Assembly (NCBI RefSeq): GCF_963921235.1
Contig: NC_086097.1
Location: 194,062,001-194,126,000, forward strand
DNA length: 64,000 bases
Direction: 5' to 3'
From: Mobula hypostoma
Taxonomy: Eukaryota
Shown here: positions 12,951-26,489 of the stretch, piece by piece
Position numbering within the stretch: the first letter of the stretch is position 1
Layout of the letters: every line of letters begins with the position of its first letter
Translations under genes and position numbers: made by a program
Notes under the pieces: generated by a model
The model's input: the letters and a program-made list of their open reading frames with translations, nothing else
Database searches by the model: none
Told to the model about the DNA's origin: nothing

Positions 12951-13763
12951 ACTTACCAGTTACCATCTGCCACTTGGGGAAATACCTGTTTATTCCTACT
13001 TTCCACCTCCTGTCAACCAATTCTCAATCCATATTACTCCAACTCCATGTGTGTTATTTTTACACATCTTTTTATGAGGCCATATAATACATATTCTGAA
13101 ATTCTGGTACACCACATCCATGGGTTCTTCCTGATCAATTCACCAGGCAGATTTCCCCTCCCCCCCAAAAAAAACTAAATCATATATATTGAACACATGT
13201 TCTCTTTCATAAACTTGAGCTAATGTTGAAAAATTCTGAAAGTTTTCCAAGGGTTCTATTATGACATCTCATTTAATAGCATCTCGCACACTTCCATTAC
13301 TGATGTTAAGCATATCACAGTGTAATTTCCTAATGTTCCTTCTCTCCTTTCTTAAATAATAGGGTTATATTTGCCACTGTCCAATTTGGAAGAAGACCAG
13401 TACATCTATTATTTCCAGGCCCACTTCCTTTAATTTGCTGGAACGTAAATTATTAGGCCCTGGTGAATTTGTTGACCTTCATCTCCATCAATTTGCCTAG
13501 GACTATTTATTAAAATAATAATACTGATTTCCTTCAGTTCTCCCCTCTTATTAAACCCTTGCCTCACCCAACCACCCCGACATTCCTTGCAGATTACTTT
13601 GCAACCCACCCAAACCTTTGTGAACCTTTGTGTACACACTCACAAAGTAGGTAGAGTATATTTCAGTTAATTGGGGCAGCTGCTTATTTGGAACAACTCA
13701 TAAGGAACAAAAACTAATTGAGAAATTAGCCGTGATTCTCGTTGTTTATTTTAAATGGGACAA

Positions 13764-14121
13764 AACATAGAAACATAGAAAATAGGTGCAGGAGTAGGCC
13801 ATTCGGCCCTTTGAGCCTGCACCGCCATTTATTATGATCATGGCTGATCATCCAACTCAGAACCCAGCCTTCCCTCCATACCCCCTGACCCCTGTAGCCA
13901 CAAGGGCCATATCTAACTCCCTCTTAAACATAGCCAATGAACTGGCCTCAACAGTTTGCTGTGACAGAGAATTCCACAGATTCACCACTCTCTGTGTGAA
14001 GAAGTTTTTCCTAATCTCGGTCCTAAAAGGCTTCCCCTCTATCCTCAAACTGTGACCCCTCGTTCTGGACCTCCCCAACATCGGGAACAATCTTCCCGCA
14101 TCTAGCCTGTCCAATCCCTTT
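13764..14121 (-). mobile_element. Young CR1 3' fragment
   Basis: Near-identical reverse complement of about 15607-15965; (TTTCTATG)n tail. Confidence 0.92.
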
Positions 14122-14706
14122 GACTGGAGACTGTAGCTGCACAGTTTTTAACTAGCATCTGTCACATGCAATTGTGTGGGCGTTACACTGTGCTTACAGC
14201 AACAAGAGATTGTAAAGTGTCATTTGTGTGTGCTTGTGTTGAAAAAGTAGTGATATTTGTTACTGATAGCTGGTAAGAAATAAGCGGTAAGAAAATTTAG
14301 AATTGTTTTGCTCAATGTAGCTTTCGAGCATTCAGGCTTGGAGATGTCAGAGACAGCCGGGAGAATGAAAATGAAATGATTTCACTACTTCAACAACTTA
14401 GGAATTGTGAAAGATTTGAAGCTATTGATAATCATTTTGAATGTTACAATGAAAATGAAGATTTGGAGGATGCAATTGTTGATAGCATTGTATGAAGGTA
14501 GTCCATAATCTGCACCAGGAGTCTGCACTGATTTTGTTCATTTACATTCAAAGGAACACAGCAGCATAGATTGGATAAATTCTTCCATTGATAACCATTG
14601 GGAATTAATATAGTTTTATAACAGTGCAGTATTATTGGCAATGTTCTATATTTCATTTAAATACATAATTTGTTACTCAGTTAAAGTGTATTTCAGAATC
14701 AAGTGT

Positions 14707-15970
14707 AATCTCATAGAATTTTTTGAGGATGTAACTAGTAGAGTGGATAGGGGAGAACCAGTGGATGTGGTATATTTGGATTTTCAAAAGGCTTTTGACA
14801 AGGTCCCACATAGGAGATTAGTGTGCAAACTTAAAGCACACGGTATTGGGGGTAAGGTATTGGTGTGGGTGGAGAATTGGTTAGCAGACAGGAAGCAAAG
14901 AGTGGGAATAAACGGGACCTTTTCAGAATGGCAGGCGGTGACTAGTGGGGTACCGCAAGGCTCAGTGCTGGGACCCCAGTTGTTTACAATATATATTAAT
15001 GACTTGGATGAGGGAATTAAATGCAGCATCTCCAAGTTTGCGGATGACACGAAGCTGGGTGGCAGTGTTAGCAGTGAGGAGGATGCTAAGAGGATGCAGG
15101 GTGACTTGGATAGGTTGGGTGAGTGGGCAAACTCATGGCAGATGCAATTTAATGTGGATAAATGTGAAGTTATCCACTTTGGTGGCAAAAATAGGAAAAC
15201 AGATTATTATCTGAATGGTGGCCGATTAGGAAAAGGGGAGGTGCAACGAGACCTGGGTGTCATTATACACCAGTCATTGAAAGTGGGCATGCAGGTACAG
15301 CAGGCGGTGAAAAAGGCGAACGGTATGCTGGCATTTATAGCGAGAGGATTCGAGTACAGGAGCAGGGAGGTACTACTGCAGTTGTACAAGGCCTTGGTGA
15401 GACCACACCTGGAGTATTGTGTGCAGTTTTGGTCCCCTAATCTGAGGAAAGACATCTTTGCCATAGAGGGAGTACAAAGAAGGTTCACCAGATTGATTCC
15501 TGGGATGGCAGGTCTTTCATATGAAGAAAGACTGGATGAACTGGGCTTGTACTCGTTGGAATTTAGAAGATTGAGGGGGGATCTGATTGAAACGTATAAG
15601 ATCCTAAAGGGATTGGACAGGCTAGATGCAGGAAGATTGTTCCCGATGTTGGGGAGGTCTAGAACGAGGGGTCACAGTTTGAGGATAGAGGGGAAGCCTT
15701 TTAGGACCGAGATTAGGAAAAACTTCTTCACACAGAGAGTGGTGAATCTGTGGAATTCTCTGCCACAGCAAACTGTTGAGGCCAGTTCATTAGCTATGTT
15801 TAAAAGGAAGTTAGATATGGCCCTTGTGGCTACAGGGGTCAGGGGGTATGGAGGGAAGGCTGGGTTCTGAGTTGGATGATCAGCCATGATCATAATAAAT
15901 GGCGGTGCAGGCTCGAAGGGCCGAATGGCCTACTCCTGCACCTATTTTCTATGTTTCTATGTTTCTATGT
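14707..15970 (+). mobile_element. Young 5'-truncated CR1 with uninterrupted RT C-terminal half
   Basis: Stop-free frame with VYLDFQKAFDKV, GVPQGSVLGP, KFADDTK; stop at 15870, 3' UTR and (TTTCTATG)n tail. Confidence 0.95.
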
Positions 15971-16526
15971 AATATCACTGGAATATTTTGTGAAATTTTA
16001 TACCTTTTAACTATTTCCATGAAACTTTTGCTAATTGGGGCAGCTGCTTCATTGCAAAGGTCCCAGTGTGTCCCAATTAACTGAAATCCACTGTATTTAA
16101 TTGTTTACCACTTCCTCGTTTCCCATTATAATTGCTTCTGTTCCTGACTAGGAGAATCTACAACTTCCTTCATACTCTTTTCTTCTGAAAGCTTTTTTAG
16201 CCATTTTTTATATTTCCTGCAAATTTACTCTTATACTCTATCTGCCCCTCTAACTAAATCCTTTAGTCAATTCTATAGTGCTCCCAATCATCAATCAGCC
16301 TGCTAATTTCTCCAGCAATTTAAAATGTTTCCTCTTTGGATCTAATACTACAGTAACTTCCTTTGAAACTGTAAATAAGTAATCCTTCTTGACTAATTTT
16401 AGTGGCAAATGAAAATAATTAATTTTAAGTCATGTACATATTCTTCAAATATTATCTATTGCCTATCAACTGCAAACCCTTTTGAAAGTTTTCTGATTTA
16501 GCTTAACTTCATACCTCAGCAACAGT

Positions 16527-19500
16527 CATAGAACATGACAGCACATAAACAGGCCCATTGGCCCTTCTAGCCCATGCTGAACCATTATATCTACCTTGTC
16601 CCATCAACCCGCACAGCTCGCCCATCCATATACCTATCCAAATTTCTCTTCAATATTGAAATCAACCCTGCATCCATACTTAAACTGGCAGCTTGTTCCA
16701 CACTCCCACCAACCTCTGAGTGAAGAATTTCTCTCTCATGTTCCCCTTAAACATTTCACCTTTCACATTTAACCCTTGACCTCTAGTTGTAGACCCACCC
16801 AACCTCAGTGGAAAAAGCCTCCTTGCATTGACCCCATCTATACCCCTCATAATTTTGTATTCCTCTATCAAACCTCCCCTCAATCTTCTCTGTTTTAGGG
16901 AATAAAGTCCGAACTGATTAAACCTTTCCCTACAATTCAAATCCTCATATACCGGAAACATCCTTGTAAATTTTCCCTGTACTCTTTCAATCTTATTTAC
17001 ACCTTTCCTGTAAGTAGGTGCCCAAAACTGCACACAATACTCCAAATCAGTCCTCACCAACATCTTAGCCCAACTCCCAAACTCAGTATATTGGTTTATG
17101 AAGGCCAATGTGCCAAAAGTTTTCTTTATTACCCTATCTACCTGTGACATCACTTTCAAGGAATTATGGATCTGTATTCCCAGATCCTTCAGTTCTACTG
17201 CACTGTTCAGTGCCCTACCACGCTCAGTGTAGTCCAACCCTGGTTGGTCCTCCCAAAGTGCAACACCTCACACTAGTCTGCATTAAGTTCCATCTGCCAT
17301 TTTTCAGCCTATTTCACCAGCCAGTCCAGATCCTACTGCAAGCTTCGATAGTCTTCCTCACTGTCCACTACAGCCCCAATCTTGGTGTCAATCACATTAT
17401 CATCCAGAACAATGATATTATGATAAAGAACAGTTGACCCAGCACCAATCCCTATGGCACAACTGAGCAACTGAACCTTGTTGACCAACCTCCCACGGGG
17501 GACTTTGCCAAATGCCAAGTAGACAACATCTAATGTCTTACCTTCATCAACTTTCCTGGTAACTTCCTCAAAAAACTCTATAGATTGGTTAAACATGACT
17601 TAACATGCACAAGGCCATGATGATTATCCCTAATCAGTTCCTGTCCATCCAAATACTTACATATTGTGTCCTTAGAATACCTTTCAACAATTTACCCACT
17701 ACTGTTATCAAACTCACAGCCTGTAATTTCCTGTTTTATTCTTGGAGTCTTTCTTAAGCAATGGAACCACATTAGCTATCGTCCGATTCTCCGGCACATC
17801 ACAATTGACTAAGGATGTTTTAAATACCTCTCTGCTAGGACCCCTGCAGTTTCTGCACTAGCCTCCCACAGGGTCCAAGGAAACACATTGTCAGGCCCTG
17901 AGATTTATCCACCCTAATTTGCCTCAAGAGAGCAAACACTTTCTCCTATGTAATCTGTACAGAGACTATGACCTCACTGCTGCTTTGCCTCACATGAACA
18001 GACTCAGTGTTAGTCTCCTGAGTAAATACAGATGCAAAGAATCCATTGAAGACCCCCCTCCCCCACCAATCTCTTTCGGCTCCACGCGCAGATACTAACT
18101 CGGATCTTCCAGAGGACCAGTTTTGTCCCTTGCTATCGTTTTGCTCTTAATATATCTTTAGAAGCCCTTAGAATTCTCCTTCACTTCAACTGCTAGTGCA
18201 ACCTCATGTCTTCTTTTAGTTCTCCTGATTTCCTTTTTAAATGTTATTTCACATTCATTATACTCCTCAAACACCTTAATTGTTCCTGCCTGCCTACATC
18301 TGCTATGCACCTCCTTCTTTTACTCATCCAGGGCCTCAATATCGCTTGAAAACCAAGGTTCCCTAAACCTGCTATCCTTGACTTTTATTCTGACAGGAAC
18401 ATACAAACTCTATTCTCAGAATTTCACTCTTTCAGGCCTCCCACTTACCAGTACACCTTTGTCAGAAAACAAGCTGACCCAATCTACACTTAGCAGATCC
18501 TTCCCGATACCAACACAATTGGCCTTTTCCCAATTGAGAATCTCAACCCAAGGACCAGACCTGTCTTTTTCCATAATTAATATCATTATGATCACTGGAT
18601 GCAAAGTGTTCCCCTACACAGAGTTCTGACACCTGCCCTGTATCATTCCCTAAGTATCGCGCTCTCTTTCATTGGGACTTCTATGTACTGGGTTACGGAA
18701 ACTTTTCAGAACACATTTGACAAACTCTTTCCCATCCAGCCATTTTACAGTATGGGAGTCCCAGCCAATATGTGGAAAGTTAAAATCACCTATCATACCC
18801 TAAATGTTGTGACAGTAACAAGAAGATGGTGCCAGCGAACAACACAGCCAAAGGCGATGCTCTTCAGACAGTTCACAAAACCACTTCTTTTACTACTACT
18901 ACTTCTTTCAGATAGGATCCTGCTACTATTGAAAGTTGTGATTTACATTTTAATGGTGTGTTTCCAGGCTGATTGAGTCACTTGGTGCTTTGCTGTCTCT
19001 GACGGAGTTTGGTAGGATTTCGAGCAGAGCTTGCAGTCTGGAGGCCAAGAAGCCTGGAGAGAGAGTGTGAGCCAATGATCAACTCCACTTCTTGCTGATC
19101 TAAGTGTTGAGTAAGTTAGAAATCAACAAGGACAACAGCAGAAGGTAAGCGGGTGTTCAGCGCTGCCTGCCTGTGTTTGACAGTTCTCACTCTCGCTTGC
19201 TGCTGCTGCAGGAAGGTGTCTGCATGTGACCGGATTCTTTCTCTCTCTCTGCTCCTGGAGGAAGATAACCTGCATGTGGCTGGTCTCTTTCACTCTCGCC
19301 TGATACTGCTGGAGGATGGTGCCGGAGTCCTGGAACTTAGGCAAAGTTTAATCGACGTGGTTTGTGGATTGGACTCTGTGTTTCTGGTTACTTCTTTTTT
19401 TGTTGCTATGTTGGATGATTTTGATCGAGGCGGACTGGCCTTGTCAACGAACGACACAATGCTAAATTGAACTGAACAGAACAGAACATCCTTTCGACTG

Positions 19501-19760
19501 CTTCAATGATTCTGTGGTTCTGATGTTTTATATTTTGTGCTTTCCGCTTGATTTTGCCTTTTGCATGATTTGTTCTTTTTATTTGCGCGTTGGGTGTTTG
19601 ATGTTTTCTTTGAATGGTTTCCAGGGTGTTTCTTTGTCTCATAGCTGCGACAAGATGAATCTCATGGTTGAATACTGCATATATACTTCGGTAATAAATG
19701 TAGTTTGAATCTGATGTTTCTTGCAACAGTCTGTAATCTCTCTACAGATTTGCTCATGTA
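16527..19760 (-). mobile_element. Degenerate CR1 LINE interrupted by an insertion at about 18808-19711
   Basis: ORF remnants LEYCVQFWAP, FFTQRLVGVWNKLP, EFFEEVTRKVDEG, ILNWEKAN; sequence resumes after 19711. Confidence 0.85.
18808..19711 (+). mobile_element. Non-autonomous LINE-derived element (Rex1/L2-like ends)
   Basis: Starts near aagatggtgcc, ends aataaatgtagtttgaatct; short atgtt duplication at the flanks; no coding capacity. Confidence 0.5.
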
Positions 19761-20760
19761 CAGTATTTGGTCATACTTATTCATATTCTGAACTTACATT
19801 TCTCATCTTATTTCCACCTTAATTAAGAAAGCTATCATTTTATGATTACTCTTCCCTAATGGGCCACACAACAGGATTGATACATTCTAATTGTGCACTA
19901 AGTTGTTGTCTCTGGTTGTTTCCTTAATGCATTGGTCCGGGAAAAAAAAACCTATGTACCTACTCCAGGAACTCTTTATGTATGGTGTTATTACTAATTT
20001 AGCTGAGTCAGTCTATAAGTAGATTAAAGACACCTATCATTATTGTTGCATTCTTACTGCATGTGTTTCTAATTCCATCCCCCAACATCATCACTGTTAT
20101 TTGAGAGTCTGCTAACAATTCCCCACCATTTTCTGACCCTTAGTGATTCTTAGCTCCACCCACACAGATTCTACATTGTGATTTTCCAAGCCAATGCCCT
20201 TCATCACTAAAACTTTGATTTCCTCCTTAACTCATTAAACCAACACCCACTCCACACCCAGTTCTGGTGAAAGTGCTCTCATAAGCCTTTTCAGAATTGA
20301 GATCCACAGACAATGAGGAACCAGGAACATGCTTCCAGGTCAGGGTGATGCACAACTCGAAGGAGAACCTGTCGGTGGTGTTTCCCATTTACCCACTCAC
20401 TGCCATTGATGGGAGAGGTAATAGGTCTGAAAGGTGCAGTTACAGTAGCCTAGGAGGATGACAACAGGTCATTCTGTAAATGGTAAATACTTCAGCCCCT
20501 GAGGACAGGTGGTGAAAGGAATACCTTCTTTGTGGAGGCTGTAGATTATCATTGCCTGAAGGGCAAGGGAAAGGACCTGGATAAAGGAAGAGAGCCCTAT
20601 GGCTGTGCTTGCAGTCAACAGTGAGTAACATACTACCACAAAGCAGCAAATCAGCTGGAAGCACTTGGGCAGGTTGGCAAAGACAGCAAAGCAGCAGATG
20701 GAATACAGTGTAGGGAAGTGTGGGGTTATGTGCGTTGGTCAGAAGAATAAAGGTGTAGAA

Positions 20761-23700
20761 CGGCGTTTCTGAACCGGCGTTCTGTGAAAGGTCACTAGGG
20801 GTTCTGCAAGAGATCAAGATAAAAAAAAACATGATTTTTGAACTTCACGCAACGTGCAATGCTAGTGCTCGCAGTGGTGGGCAGTGACTGAACAGCCCTG
20901 TTCACAATCCCGTTAGAGGACCCCAAACCCAGTGCAACAGTGTGCAGTAGGACCACCTTTATTTGCTTGTCCATTCTCAATTTTTGACTCGAGATAGGGG
21001 AGGACAGTAGGCTGATATTTGGTGAGCGCTGTACTGCACAGAGCAGAGGACAGTAGGCTGATATTTGGTGAGCGCTGTATTGCATGGAGGGGAGGACGGT
21101 AGGCTGATGAGGAGCGTGAAGTGCATTTTCTGAGAATTGAATAGACATAAGGTGGTCCAATGTAGTGATTTTTGAAGACGAGGATTCGAGGCCTAGGCCT
21201 CGGATAATTATGATAAGGTTAATGACGAAAAATTACAACCTTCTGTGTCATTTCGCAGAACTACTGCAACACTGGACACATAAAAATTCTGTCCTTTTTA
21301 CAAAACTATAGAAGTTTCTTTACATAAATAGACAAAGTACAAACATTATGTATTTACAAGACAGTGGATAAATTCAAATTGAAATATGGTGACTACTGTC
21401 TATAAAACAATCAATTCCCTGGGAGGGCCCACTGCTCCTGGAAATCCCCCACTGTACCCATTGTGACCGCATGCACCCTCTCCAAGGACAGCTGGGCATG
21501 ACGGTATCCTCGGAAGAGGGGCAGGCAGTCAGCCTTGGCAGAGCCCTCGACTTTCCGCTGTCTAGAACTGTGAATGACCATTTTGGCCAGGCCCAGGAGC
21601 AAGCCCACCTGTAGACCCTCCTCGTGACGTGCCCCCTTCCATACAGGGTGCCCGTTTGTAAGGATCGCAAGGCTGAAGTGCAACCAGCCCCTTCCAATAC
21701 TCAATCAGGGACTGCGACCTCTCACACTCCACACAAGGTAGTACACTGACTCTTCCAGGCCACAGACAGGTGGACAGAGTGTCAGTGAACCTGCTTTAAA
21801 AACCCGATGCACGGCACTGCCCCATGCAACACCTTCCACCCCAGGTCCCCAATGTACAGGGGAACACTCCTGCAGAAAGAGATTTCCAACAGGGGCTGAA
21901 GTATTTACCATTTACAGAATGACCTGTTGTCATCCCTTTAGGCTACCGTAACTGCACCTACACTGCCAGATGGTTAAACTGACCGCCAAGGCGAGTCTGG
22001 TTGGCAGATGAATACAAGGATGTGAAAGGTGTGCAAGAGCAGCCCATACAAGAAACACTATGGAGTGTCACAGAAGGGCACGTTGGGCATCTCCACAAGA
22101 TGGTTCACAATATGTGGGACTCCTGAGGCCTGGGTCTGATGAGCACTTCTGGCCCGTTAGGTAGTGCAGCCGGAACCCCTCCACTTCCCTGAGCCCCCTC
22201 GGCACCCACTGTGACAGAATGGAGACAAGCCCCTTCGCAGCTAGAGCACCATCCCCCCCAGGGCAGGAGCAGCCTGGCTGGATGAGACTAGACCCCATAC
22301 CCTCAACAGCTCTCAGTAAAAGCAAGGCACTTCCCACAAAGCGGCGCGGCTGATGCTGTCCGCTGGAGGCCGCATGTCCTCCTGCAGGCAATGACCCCGG
22401 AGGTGAAAGTACATCGCAAGCGCATGACATCTCGGAGGGTGGTTGCTATACAGGTATCTCTACAGAGTCCCGAGGTGGAAAGCCGTCAGCTGGGTGTGCA
22501 CACACACCAATGACGGACCGCCCTCTGTAATCAGAAGACTCAGGACCACAACAGAGACCCAATGCCTCCTGTTGCCCCAGAAGCCCACCAGCCTCTGCAT
22601 CCTGGAGACAAAAGCAGTGGGCGGGACTAAAGTAATCAGCCGGTACCATACCTTTACAATGAAAGGTCTTATCAATGGGTTTTACATGGACTAGTGATCC
22701 AAGTTGTCCTATTCCATTGTGCCTAGTCTGTGACAAACAACATAGAATGCAGCAATGGCTCCAGCAAAATTGAAAACGCACCTAACAACAAATCACAGCC
22801 ATATGAAACATAAAAGGGCTAATTATTTTTAATGATTATTGGAATCTCAAAACAAATTAATTAAAGATTTTGATTGAAAAGTCAGTCAGTAAAAAAGTTC
22901 AGGAAGCAAATTATTCAGTAGCTCCAAGACTAATTCAATTGAGAATGTTTAGAAAACTGTGTGAAAACCTAGACAAAAAGCATACCAATCTCCTGCTACA
23001 TACAGAAATTCAGTGGCTTAGCAGAGGAAGAGTTCTCAACAGGGTGTTTGAGCTGAAAAGTGAATTACAGGAGTACTTTCAAGAAAATAGCAGACCAGAT
23101 TTTGCTAAGTTCTTTGAAGATGGAGCACGGCCTACTGAACAGGCATTTTTAATCATATGAACCAGCTGAACAAGTCTCAGCAAAGCCCTAGAGAAAATAT
23201 TTTGACTTCAAGTGACAAAATTCTTGGATTTAAAACAAAACCGAACCTTTGGAAAAAATCATGCTACAAAAAAAGACTCTTGAAATATTTCCAATGCTGC
23301 TTGGGTTTGAGAGTTAGGAAGGATATCAGAAAGTCTAGAGTCTTATTGAAAACCACCTGGAAGAACTACAGAAGAAAATTGAATAGTATTTTTCCTCCCT
23401 TTCAACACAAGTGTATGACTGGGTGGGGGACCACTTCTCTGAACCTTCTGCTCAGTCTGAGAACTTAACTTTGAGAGAAGAGGAAGAACTTAGTGCGCTA
23501 CACTCTGATCATTCACTCAAGATGAGATTTACTGACCTGCCCCTGGACAATTTATGGATTTCTGAGGAAGAGTATCCTGCTCTTCACAGGAAAGCAATGA
23601 ACATTTTGCTGCAGTTTTCAACTTCTTACATGTGTGAGCAAGCTTTTTCTTGTTTAACAAGCATCAAGACCAAGGATAGAAATCACCTCATTTCAATTGA

Positions 23701-24049
23701 AGGTGAAATCTATGTGCTTATCTCAAGTTCGACCAAGAATTGAGAAATTTATTGAGTTTGCCTTATGGGTTTTTAGAATGTACAAAAGAGAAAGAGGAAA
23801 AGAAGAGTAATTTCAAAAAAGGTAAGCTAAGCTTAACTATCTGATTTTTTTTACAAGAAAGATTGGCTAAAAATTCATTCTCTACTTAAAAGAGCAATGA
23901 CAATTATTTTTTGATTATTATATCTAAAACTTACTGATCATGCTAACATACCATGACTTCTAGATATAATAATTTTTATGCAGGGGGTACCCTGAGACCT
24001 GAAAATTATTTCAAGGGTTCCTCTTGGGCAAAAAATTTGAGAAAGACTG
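20761..24049 (+). mobile_element. hAT DNA transposon (Charlie/Buster type), internally deleted and decayed
   Basis: Transposase motifs LLLHTEIQWLSRGRVLNRVFEL and EYPALHRKAMNILLQFSTSYMCEQAFS; imperfect TIRs cggcgtttctgaac and tttgagaaagactg; 8-bp TSD gtgtagaa (20753-20760) and gtgttgac (24050-24057). Confidence 0.85.
21325..22651 (-). mobile_element. Tx1-clade (L1 group) LINE 3' fragment nested in the hAT
   Basis: LLLGLAKMVIHSSRQ..CLPLFRGY, WYRLITLVPP..FWGNRRHWVS..EGG; GC-richer than flanks; possible TSD ctttaca (21318-21324 and 22652-22658). Confidence 0.7.
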
Positions 24050-25044
24050 GTGTTGACTATTTTCTAAATGGAGAGAAAATTCAGAAATCAGAGGTCCAAG
24101 GAGCTTTGAGAGTGCTAGTTCAGGATTCCCTTAAAGTTAACTTGCAGGTTGAATTGGTTCCAAAGAAGATAAATGCAATGCTAGCATTTATTTCAAGAGG
24201 ACTAGAATATAAAAGTAGTCTGAAGCTTTCTGAAGTGTTGATCAGAGAGAATTTTGACTGATGTGAGCAGTCTGGGACCTGTATCTAAGAAAAGATGTGC
24301 TAATCTTGGAAAAGGTCCAGAGTAGACTCATAAGAATAATCCTAGTCTTAACATACAAAGGAGCATTTGAGGCCTCCGGGCCTTTATTCAATGGAATTCA
24401 GAAGAATGAAGGGGAATCTCCTTGAAACCATTCAGATATTGAAACACCTGGAGAGAATCTTCCCATTAAGAGAGTCTAGGATCCTGGGGAACAGCCTTAG
24501 AAATAAAACTGAGATGAGGAGAATTTTCTTCCAACAGAGGGTGGTGAATCTGTGGAATTCATTGCCACAGAGGGCTGTGAATTGTCACTGGATGAATTTA
24601 AGGCAGAGATGAATCATTCTGGATTGCAAGGGTGTTAAGGGCTACAGGAAGATGATGAGTGAAAAGTGTTGAAAAAAAATGAGCCCCACTGAATTGCAGA
24701 CCATACTCGATGGGCTAAATGGCCTTCTTCTGCTCCTATAACTAATGATCTTTTGAGCATGAATGTTTCTTTCCCCTTATCAGTACTTTCTCGAATATTG
24801 TACATGCCTGCCATAAGGAGACAGACATTGGAAAATAGAAGCAGGAGATAGCAAGGATTTCCTCAAGCCTGCCTCATCATTCAGTATGATCATGGCTGAT
24901 CAGTGCTAGCCCCAACTTTTCTACACCAGCTGCCCATCACCTCAATTCTATGATCTTTCCAATACTTGTTGATCACCAGTGCAAATATTTATGATGATTT
25001 AGCCCCCATCATCCACCGAGGAAAGAATTCTGAAGATTCATACA

Positions 25045-25358
25045 ATCTGTTTCTGCCGTGAGCACTTGCGTGAGATTTTCACTATGGAGACCAGTGCAGG
25101 CAATCGTTGTAGAGAAGCATTTCTGCTTTATATAGGCTGTGTATTTATCATATCATTTTTGCTTTTACTATATGTTACTGTTATTTTAGGTTTTGTGTGT
25201 TATTTGGCATGATTTGGTAGGTTATTTTTGGGTCTGCGAACGCTCACAAATTTTTCCCATATAAATAAATGGTAATTGCTTCTTCACTTTACAACATTCC
25301 GGCTTACGAACAATTTCATAGGAACACTGTACCTTCGGATGGTGGGGGAAACCTGTAT
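25045..25358. mobile_element. Tigger-like DNA transposon end fragment
   Basis: ttttcccatataaataaatggtaa...ggcttacgaac...gggggaaacctgTA terminus. Confidence 0.55.
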
Positions 25359-26489
25359 ATGGATCCATTCCAAATGTCTTTCACAAATCTAAATAAATTC
25401 CATGTTGTCAGGGAGTATTCTGGAGTTAATATTAATTCAAGGAAGAACTAGTTCTTACTGCAAGTTATAAGCTGCAAATAAACAATACAGATTGCAAACC
25501 AAAGACTAAGAGATACAGTTTGCAAGATGGTGACCATGAGACAACTGGGACCATCAGCCAAATGTTACGACAATGGAGTTACATTAATTAGCTTGCATCA
25601 AACTAGACAATATGGCTAGGTTAGTAGTACCATTGTGATTGAGTTCAAGCTGTCACTTAGCATATCAAACAGGGTCACAGGTATAGTCACAGACAATAGC
25701 TGATCTATTGTGTACTCTGACATCTGGCTCTCCATCCGCAGAAACTTATAGCATATCTATGTCAACAGAGGTATTTGAACATTTGGAGGGGTCTCCTACT
25801 GTAGATATGCAATTCAAATGAAGCACTGTCACCCCAAAATATTGAAGTAAACAATGCCATTGTAACAACTGAGATTGTATTGAATCACCCACTGTCACCC
25901 TTGTCTTAAGGGTATAAAAATGTGTTTGGGGTCTCTCCAGTGACTTTGATCACAGTCAGGACACATCTCATAGGTTCTCCTCTATCACTCACCCTCAAAC
26001 AATTCTGAAACAATGAGAAAATCTTTCAAACATTCATAAACTACCTTGCTAAATTATTAGTTCTTTCCTCTTTGAAATGGATTTTAATAACTTGCCAACA
26101 GCAAGTATTAAGCTAACTAAATGGCAGCTCCCCACATCCTGTGTTCCTCTGTGTTTGGAGTCACAACTATTTCGCCATCTGCTGGTACCTACCTCATATT
26201 TAGTCAGTTTTGAAACATCTCAATATCCTGGAGGAGGGGTGAATAACCTCCTACAAGAACAGTGATGTTCCTTGGTGCAAGGTGTGGCTCCAGTCACTGG
26301 AGTTCTTTTTCACCTAGGTGCACATTAACGAGTCTAAATAGGTTTGTAATTGCTGAAATTAAAAAAAAGCTTGCTGTCTTAATGTCAAGGACATCAGTCA
26401 GTTCAAGGGCTGCAATCTCACCAATCTGACCAAGAAATCTTACCCAAGGAGACCAGTTTGAGTGACTTCAACAACTATCATCTGGTAAC

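Larger units (their letters stand above)
13654..16093. mobile_element. Tigger/pogo-like non-autonomous DNA transposon hosting two CR1 insertions
   Basis: TIRs gagtatatttcagttaattgggg and tcccaattaactgaaatccactg flanked by TA; internal sequence resembles the copy at 50361-52464 in opposite orientation. Confidence 0.7.
20660..24750 (+). mobile_element. CR1 3' fragment split by the hAT insertion (20660-20760 and 24050-24750)
   Basis: ...agaagaataaaggtgtagaa | gtgttgactattttctaaatgg... is contiguous CR1 RT sequence across the insertion; NAMLAFISRGLEYKS, QRVVNLWNSLPQ. Confidence 0.8.

Noticed and set aside
14635..15870. 411-aa RT ORF as a cellular or domesticated gene
   Set aside because: It is a 5'-truncated CR1 ORF2 with its tail; the N-terminal residues come from flanking transposon sequence.
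22870..23743. ZBED5/SCAND3-like domesticated transposase gene
   Set aside because: Multiple frameshifts and deletions, with TIRs and TSD retained; it is a dead hAT copy.
26193..26352. Exon-like segment on the minus strand (strong acceptor ttttttttaatttcAG, donor GAG|GTaggt)
   Set aside because: Stops in all three frames and 160 nt long; could only be a cryptic or poison exon, with no supporting evidence.
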